Assembly: GCA_963977445.1 (NCBI GenBank)
Contig: CAXBPH010000012.1
Span: 1-46,639 of the forward strand
Reading direction: 5' to 3'
DNA: 46,639 nucleotides
Source of the DNA: an uncultured bacterium
Lineage (GTDB): Bacteria; Hydrogenedentota; Hydrogenedentia; Hydrogenedentales; JAEUWI01
Below the pieces are notes generated by a model that searched no databases, was not told the origin of the DNA, and saw nothing but the letters and a program-made list of their open reading frames with translations. The translations under genes and the position numbers were made by a program. Shown one piece after another: positions 41,564 through 46,639 of this stretch (positions are counted from its first letter, which is position 1; the number at the start of each line of letters is the position of its first letter).

Positions 41564-41846
41564 GGTCTTCCTTTTCAAACGGGGACATGTCCCCGACAAC
41601 TGTAGTTTAGCATGTTGTGCTCTCCGGATTCCTTGAAAACACGGCGACCAAAAAGGTCATAGGTACTGACTAGAAGGTATCACGGGGCCGGGAATTCCGT
41701 CAAACCTGACCAAAGTACATAAAGTGTACCTTCTTTCACTTTTGCCCTGCCTATGCTATGGTTTCATCGAGCTGTAGTTGGGGTTCACCTGGAATGGCCC
41801 CGGTCACAATGACCACAATCGCCCGTGAGCGAGGAGCAACGATTCT

Positions 41847-42662
41847 ATGAGCAAAGTGGCTTTTATAACAGGCGCATCCCGGGGAATCGGATTTTCCTGT
41901 GCCCGACGACTGGCACAGGCGGGTTGGGATATCGTTGTCGCAGCCAAGACCGTGACGCCCAACCCAAAATTACCCGGAACAATATATACTGCAGCAGAAG
42001 AATTGCGGGCATTCGGCACGGAGATTTTTCCGGTAGCCTGCAACGTTCGGGAAGGAGATTCCGTGCGCAGTGCTGCAGACGCTACCCTCGATAAATTTGG
42101 ACGTATCGATGCCGTCATCAATAACGCCGGGGCCCTGTGGTGGCGAAACATGGATGAAACGCCCTTAAACAAGTTCGATCTCGTTATGGACGTCAACGCC
42201 CGCGGCGCCTACGCGGTAACCGAAGCATTTCTAGAGACCATGAAGGCCCAGAAGTCGGGACACGTAATCAATATGTCCCCGCCTATTGACTTGAAGGTTG
42301 TCCCCGGACATATTGCGTATATGATCAGCAAATTCGGCATGACCCTGATCGCCTGTGGTCTGGCGGAGGAATTTAAGGACTTCAATATTCGGGGAACCGC
42401 CTTATGGCCAAAGACGTTGATTGAATCCTATGCCACAAAGAACTTTGGCATGGGCACGGAATCCATGTGGAGAAAAGCGGACATCTTGGCGGATGCCACC
42501 TATGAAATCCTTTTGCACCCGGACAAAAGCAACGGAAAGGCCGTAATCGATGAAGATTTCCTCCGAGAAGTCGGCTACACCGATTTTGAGAAATATCTCT
42601 GCGTTGAAGGCAGTACGCCCCTTGACCTGAACAGCACGGTAATGCTCGCCGCGCGCTCGTGA
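41847..42662 (+). CDS. SDR family oxidoreductase (HSDL2-like)
   Basis: ITGASRGIG, AKT..P.PKLPGTIYTAA, NNAG, YMISK and LWP.T motifs. Confidence 0.9.
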   Translation: MSKVAFITGASRGIGFSCARRLAQAGWDIVVAAKTVTPNPKLPGTIYTAAEELRAFGTEIFPVACNVREGDSVRSAADATLDKFGRIDAVINNAGALWWRNMDETPLNKFDLVMDVNARGAYAVTEAFLETMKAQKSGHVINMSPPIDLKVVPGHIAYMISKFGMTLIACGLAEEFKDFNIRGTALWPKTLIESYATKNFGMGTESMWRKADILADATYEILLHPDKSNGKAVIDEDFLREVGYTDFEKYLCVEGSTPLDLNSTVMLAARS

Positions 42663-42679
42663 ATCGCCCTCCGTAACGC

Positions 42680-43414
42680 TCAGTCTAACGTCTCTTTTTC
42701 CTGAATGACGTGTATATAATACGGCGCGAGGCTTTCAAGTTCATCTCGAATGGCGTAGGGCAAGTTTTGTGCAAACATATCGAGCTTTACGATGGCGTTC
42801 AGGTTCGCATCCCCTTCGGAAACACGGCGCAATCGGCGGGCCATACCCACGTTCACCTCATGCAGTCGCCCATAGGCCGATTCCAGACCTGAGAGGGAAA
42901 AATTTTCTTCCCCGGTAGCCTTTTTCTGAAAATACCGACCCAATAGAAAACTGCTGGTCGCGCGAAATATCGTTTCCGCCATGGTGGCAAAGGGCACATG
43001 AAAACGGGCCATGGGCTTCAGGAACGCCAGATTGGGACAGCCGCTGGTGGCCATACACAAACCAATCAGAGAACTCATGGCATCCTGAACAGTCACTTCC
43101 GCATGAACCACCCGCCCTTCTATAGCCACCTCTACTTCCACACGACTGTAAGATACCATCGGAATTGCCACGGGTATGACCGCCGCCAGTGAACGGGCTG
43201 CAGGACAGAAGGGATGGTCGTGAACATTCAAGGGACAACCGGCGCATTTATCTGTCTCTAACGCTGCCCACGCTGGCGCAGCTACTGCGTCAAACTTCTG
43301 CTCAAGCGTCTGCCGGTCAAATCGCACGATAAACGTGTGGGCTACTCCGTCTCCTCCCTTTATCTGATAGCTGATTTCGACGAAAGTGCCCTCCGTCTTC
43401 TTTACTCGCCGCAA
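42680..43414 (-). CDS. Conserved Cys-rich protein (DUF6901-like)
   Basis: C..CPL....CP, GL.MATSGCP..LKPMARFH.PFA..ET..R and DA.LNA motifs. The start is uncertain (TTG after AGGAG). Confidence 0.6.
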   Translation of the reverse strand: MRRVKKTEGTFVEISYQIKGGDGVAHTFIVRFDRQTLEQKFDAVAAPAWAALETDKCAGCPLNVHDHPFCPAARSLAAVIPVAIPMVSYSRVEVEVAIEGRVVHAEVTVQDAMSSLIGLCMATSGCPNLAFLKPMARFHVPFATMAETIFRATSSFLLGRYFQKKATGEENFSLSGLESAYGRLHEVNVGMARRLRRVSEGDANLNAIVKLDMFAQNLPYAIRDELESLAPYYIHVIQEKETLD

Positions 43415-43415
43415 C

Positions 43416-43781
43416 TCAGCTCCTTTCACTCTCAAATAGGATTGAATCCAACACTGAGGGTGGTCGGGCAATGATTAGTTGCCCTTTGTAAATCACAAGG
43501 GGGCGCTGTATAAGCACAGGTGCCGCTGCCAGGGCCACTATAATTTCTGCCACGTTGCTTTGTGCTGACACACCATACTGTGCCGCCTCAGGCTCCTTGA
43601 GGCGGACTAGATCAATGGGTTCACCCGAATACCAATCGAGAAGCTGAGCAATCGTGGCAACGTCCAGAGGCGACTTCAGGTACTCAATGACCTCCACCTC
43701 GGCATCGGTCTCGCGTAGCAGTTCCAGTGCGCCCCGGCTGTTCGAACATTTCGGATTGTGATAAATCGTGATCTTCGACAA
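43416..43781 (-). CDS. ArsC/Spx family arsenate reductase-like protein
   Basis: IYHNPKCSNSR, IEYLK.P and LIQRP..IARP motifs. Confidence 0.85.
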   Translation of the reverse strand: MSKITIYHNPKCSNSRGALELLRETDAEVEVIEYLKSPLDVATIAQLLDWYSGEPIDLVRLKEPEAAQYGVSAQSNVAEIIVALAAAPVLIQRPLVIYKGQLIIARPPSVLDSILFESERS

Positions 43782-43793
43782 ATCTTTGTTCCC

Positions 43794-45347
43794 CTATTCC
43801 AACCACACGCGATATGACTTTTCTCCGTCATTGTGCTCAAAGAGTGCTTGTGGAACTATACCAGACTCGCACGCCCTTCGTTTAATGGCATCTAAATCGA
43901 GCGATGACGTCGCCAGTTTCACCAACGTCTCTTCTGGAATCAACTCTTCCAGGACGGTCACCTGCGACGCGGGCATCGTCACGGCAGCAATTTGTCTGCC
44001 GTTGGTGGACACGTTCACTTTGAGATAGCGGGCCATAGATCGGAAATTCATAGAATGAGCGGCCAGATCTTCCGGCAACGGCGGCAACTCCATGGCGGAC
44101 GCTTCTTCTCGCGTGTTTCTACCGACGATGCGAAAGAGTATCTGTTGCCAGGGCAGGGCGACTTGGAGGGTTTCCATCTGCATCATCAATCCGTGGAACG
44201 CCCGAAGTAGTAAAAGGAGATTGGGTGGCCCCGACGAGCGAAACCACCACTTCGATTCACCCAGCAATACATCGACCCGCTCCTGAAGTTGCCAGCGTTT
44301 CATCGAGAATACCGTGGGTGTGGTAAAGGGCTCCGTTAACACGCTGGTGAGGGCGGGCAATACGGCCTGAATCGGGTGCAGTTTGCTTGCATCAAATCCT
44401 ATCGCCTGAAAACACAGAAGGGGATCCGTTTCATCTTCATAAATCGCCCCCAGCACCAATTTCAGCAGGGCCGACCGGGCAATGGGTGCTACAGGCACCA
44501 TGCAACCGTAGTCGAGAAGGATCACTTCCGGCTTTCCCCCATCGCCACGCCGAAAACGATAGTTACCAAGATGGGGATCGCCATGTATCGTCCCGTAGTT
44601 AAACAAGCTTTGAAACAGCGTGCACATAAGAATGACTGCGATATGCTTCCGCTCGGCCTCGGACCAGTTGGCGACCTCGTCGAGGGCCACACCCGTTTCC
44701 CAGGATTGAACCAGCAGGCCTTCGGAACTCAGCTCAGGAAACACCATGGGGACTACCAGTCCCGACAACTGGACATGCTCAGCGAATTGTTGTTGTCGCA
44801 CCATTTCGCCCCGGTAGTCCAGTTCCTGGTGCATATTGTCGAGAAGGGTTTGTTTGTAACCGTTGAGGTCAAAGCCCCACTTTCGCACGGGGCCCAAACC
44901 CGGTATCAGGTTGGCCAGGCGCATCTCTGCGTCAATCGCTTCGACAATGTCGGGGTAACGCACCTTAACAGCCACGGCTTCCCCCGAGTGCAGACAAGCT
45001 TTGTGGACCTGGCCCAGTGACGCGGCGATACCGATTTCATCGAAGGAGGAGAAGACGGACTCTATTGGCGCCTGAAGTGCAGCCTCTACAGCTGGGCGTA
45101 TAACGGCTATGGGCTGGGGAGCAATGCCCCGGGCAAGGTCGTTGAAGACTTCCCCTTTCCCCAAGCTCCCCATGAATTGCCCAACCTTCAATGGCACACC
45201 ACGGGCATCCGCCATCAAGACCGCGAGAGCCCGCTGTGCACGCTCCCGGCCTCCCTCTGTGGCCTTGGATACGTTCCGCGCTGCCGCGGCAATCTGAGCT
45301 ACTTGAGCGGCACGGGACGTTGTGTGTTTAAGTTTGTCGAATACCAT
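43794..45347 (-). CDS. AarF/ABC1/UbiB atypical kinase
   Basis: LKVGQ, AASLGQVHKA, VAVKVRYP, ELDY..E, HGDPHLGN and LLDYG motifs. Confidence 0.9.
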   Translation of the reverse strand: MVFDKLKHTTSRAAQVAQIAAAARNVSKATEGGRERAQRALAVLMADARGVPLKVGQFMGSLGKGEVFNDLARGIAPQPIAVIRPAVEAALQAPIESVFSSFDEIGIAASLGQVHKACLHSGEAVAVKVRYPDIVEAIDAEMRLANLIPGLGPVRKWGFDLNGYKQTLLDNMHQELDYRGEMVRQQQFAEHVQLSGLVVPMVFPELSSEGLLVQSWETGVALDEVANWSEAERKHIAVILMCTLFQSLFNYGTIHGDPHLGNYRFRRGDGGKPEVILLDYGCMVPVAPIARSALLKLVLGAIYEDETDPLLCFQAIGFDASKLHPIQAVLPALTSVLTEPFTTPTVFSMKRWQLQERVDVLLGESKWWFRSSGPPNLLLLLRAFHGLMMQMETLQVALPWQQILFRIVGRNTREEASAMELPPLPEDLAAHSMNFRSMARYLKVNVSTNGRQIAAVTMPASQVTVLEELIPEETLVKLATSSLDLDAIKRRACESGIVPQALFEHNDGEKSYRVWLE

Positions 45348-45493
45348 GCGTGGGCAATCCGATCATGCCAGGTTGCGTCTCTTCGTCCAAACTACCCGTA
45401 CGTAGAAAACGCCCCGACGTCAAGTTAATGACTCGCGCGGGAGCGTTCAATGTACACGTTCTATGGACTGTATTCAATCCGTCAGATGGCCGT

Positions 45494-45820
45494 TTAGTGG
45501 GAAACAGGACATTTACCTGACGGGGAGACTTGCTCTTCACCACCATATATTTCGTGGTGCGGACGTCCTGCGAGAATCTTCTCTTTTCCCCAGTCGACCA
45601 CTTTCGAAAACTTCTCTGACGTGGTAAACGTTTTGAAGGCGGCTTCATCGGACCACTCAGATACGATCAGGTAGGTATTGGGCTTAAATACATCTGAATA
45701 GAGCGATGACCTGCTATGCCCTTCCGTACCCTGCATGATCTCCAACACGCTCTTGAAGACGGATTCAAACTGATCCCCCTTACCATCCAAGACATCGTAG
45801 TTCATGCCAATTGTAACCAT
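45494..45820 (-). CDS. Antibiotic biosynthesis monooxygenase (ABM) family protein
   Basis: G....F...F..GH..S.LY...YLIVSEW....AF..F..S.KF pattern; AGGAG RBS. Confidence 0.8.
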   Translation of the reverse strand: MVTIGMNYDVLDGKGDQFESVFKSVLEIMQGTEGHSRSSLYSDVFKPNTYLIVSEWSDEAAFKTFTTSEKFSKVVDWGKEKILAGRPHHEIYGGEEQVSPSGKCPVSH

Positions 45821-45975
45821 TTAACTTTCCTCCTGACACATTTACAAATCATGCATTCAACTCATCCGGCTATCCATAGCCGAATACAAGCCTGGGCCAG
45901 AAGCGTCATACGCTCCTGACCCAAAGCAATTTTATGTTACCTGTTCTCCGAAGTTTTTCCAACTTCACGCCGGGC

Positions 45976-46639
45976 CTAAAAATCGTGAAGGTCACCATCA
46001 TCCAGCGGAATTACTTCTTCAGGCTTTCGAACACGCCGGTCACCCTGGGGCTGCTGGCGCGGTGGTGCACTCTGCTGAGGCGGTTGTTGCTGCCAACCCT
46101 GCTGGGGCGGTTGCTGTTGCCAACCCTGCTGAGGTGGTTGCTGCTGCCAACCCTGCTGGGGCGGTTGCTGTTGCCAACCCTGCTGGGGCGGTTGCTGTTG
46201 CCAACCCTGCTGGGGCGGCTGCTGTTGCCAACCCTGCTGAGGCGGTTGCTGCTGCCAACCCTGCATGCCGCCAGGCGCGGGCAATCCGGGAGGCATCCCG
46301 TACCCGTTCATCCCGCCATGTTGCGATATACGGAAGGCCGCGATTATCGAGCCGAGACTTTCGGCCTGGGCGCTCAACTCTTCGGCGGCCGCCGCAGACT
46401 CTTCGGATCCGGCCGCATTGGACTGGGTCACTTTGTCCATTTCGCTCACGGCCTTATTAATCTGATTCAGCCCGGTGGCTTGTTCCTTCGAAGCCGCAGC
46501 GATCTCAGATATGAAATCGCTTACCTTCGACGCGCTTTCCATGATGTCTCGAAGTATCTCGGCCACGTTACTCGAAATCTGCACGCCGCCTTCGGCATTT
46601 TTGACAGATTCTTCGATCATCTCGGCCGCGTTCTTGGCA
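45976..46639 (-). CDS. Methyl-accepting chemotaxis protein, C-terminal part (5' end beyond the window)
   Basis: EIAAASKEQA.G..QIN.AV.EMDKVTQ.NAA..EE.AAAAEEL..QA pattern; C-terminal PEEVIPLDDGDLHDF. Confidence 0.92.
   Translation of the reverse strand, partial: AKNAAEMIEESVKNAEGGVQISSNVAEILRDIMESASKVSDFISEIAAASKEQATGLNQINKAVSEMDKVTQSNAAGSEESAAAAEELSAQAESLGSIIAAFRISQHGGMNGYGMPPGLPAPGGMQGWQQQPPQQGWQQQPPQQGWQQQPPQQGWQQQPPQQGWQQQPPQQGWQQQPPQQGWQQQPPQQSAPPRQQPQGDRRVRKPEEVIPLDDGDLHDF
46075..46263. repeat. 27-bp tandem repeat x7 encoding QGWQQQPPQ
   Basis: CCAACCCTG anchors at 46093, 46120, 46147, 46174, 46201, 46228 and 46255. Confidence 0.95.

Noticed and set aside
22180..44160. KOPS (GGGNAGGG) polarity converging on dif
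   Set aside because: The few copies noticed occur in both orientations on each side, so they are uninformative.

Overview
GC-rich bacterial chromosomal window with three zones. (1) 1-5693: a minus-strand module of ECF sigma, zinc anti-sigma, DoxX, DUF3179, ArsM-like methyltransferase, PstS and the probable start of PstC. Three matching TGTAA-N-N16-CG(A/T)(C/T)T promoter-like motifs sit in front of its transcription units. It ends at a 3'-half tRNA-Gly(CCC) fragment that looks like an integration (att) scar. (2) About 6.3-21.3 kb: an accessory ion/stress block with Kup, a multicopper oxidase fused to a SCO copper chaperone, MscS, an MtfA-like peptidase, and an N-type (alternate) F1Fo ATPase operon. 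The operon reads atpD-C-Q-R-B-[VIT1/CCC1]-E-F-A-[HPF/RaiA]-G and is led by a STAS/SEC14 gene. (3) 22.2-46.6 kb: core-like genes (ppc, comEA, hybrid kinase, bacilliredoxin, rpsT, HDOD/GGDEF, RidA, SDR, ArsC-like, ABC1 kinase, ABM, MCP). This zone also holds a ~2.7 kb gene-free tract with a XerC/D dif-like site, a 3x ~249 bp structured repeat array after rpsT, and a 7x QGWQQQPPQ repeat in the MCP tail. All calls come from motif recognition by eye; no database searches were run.
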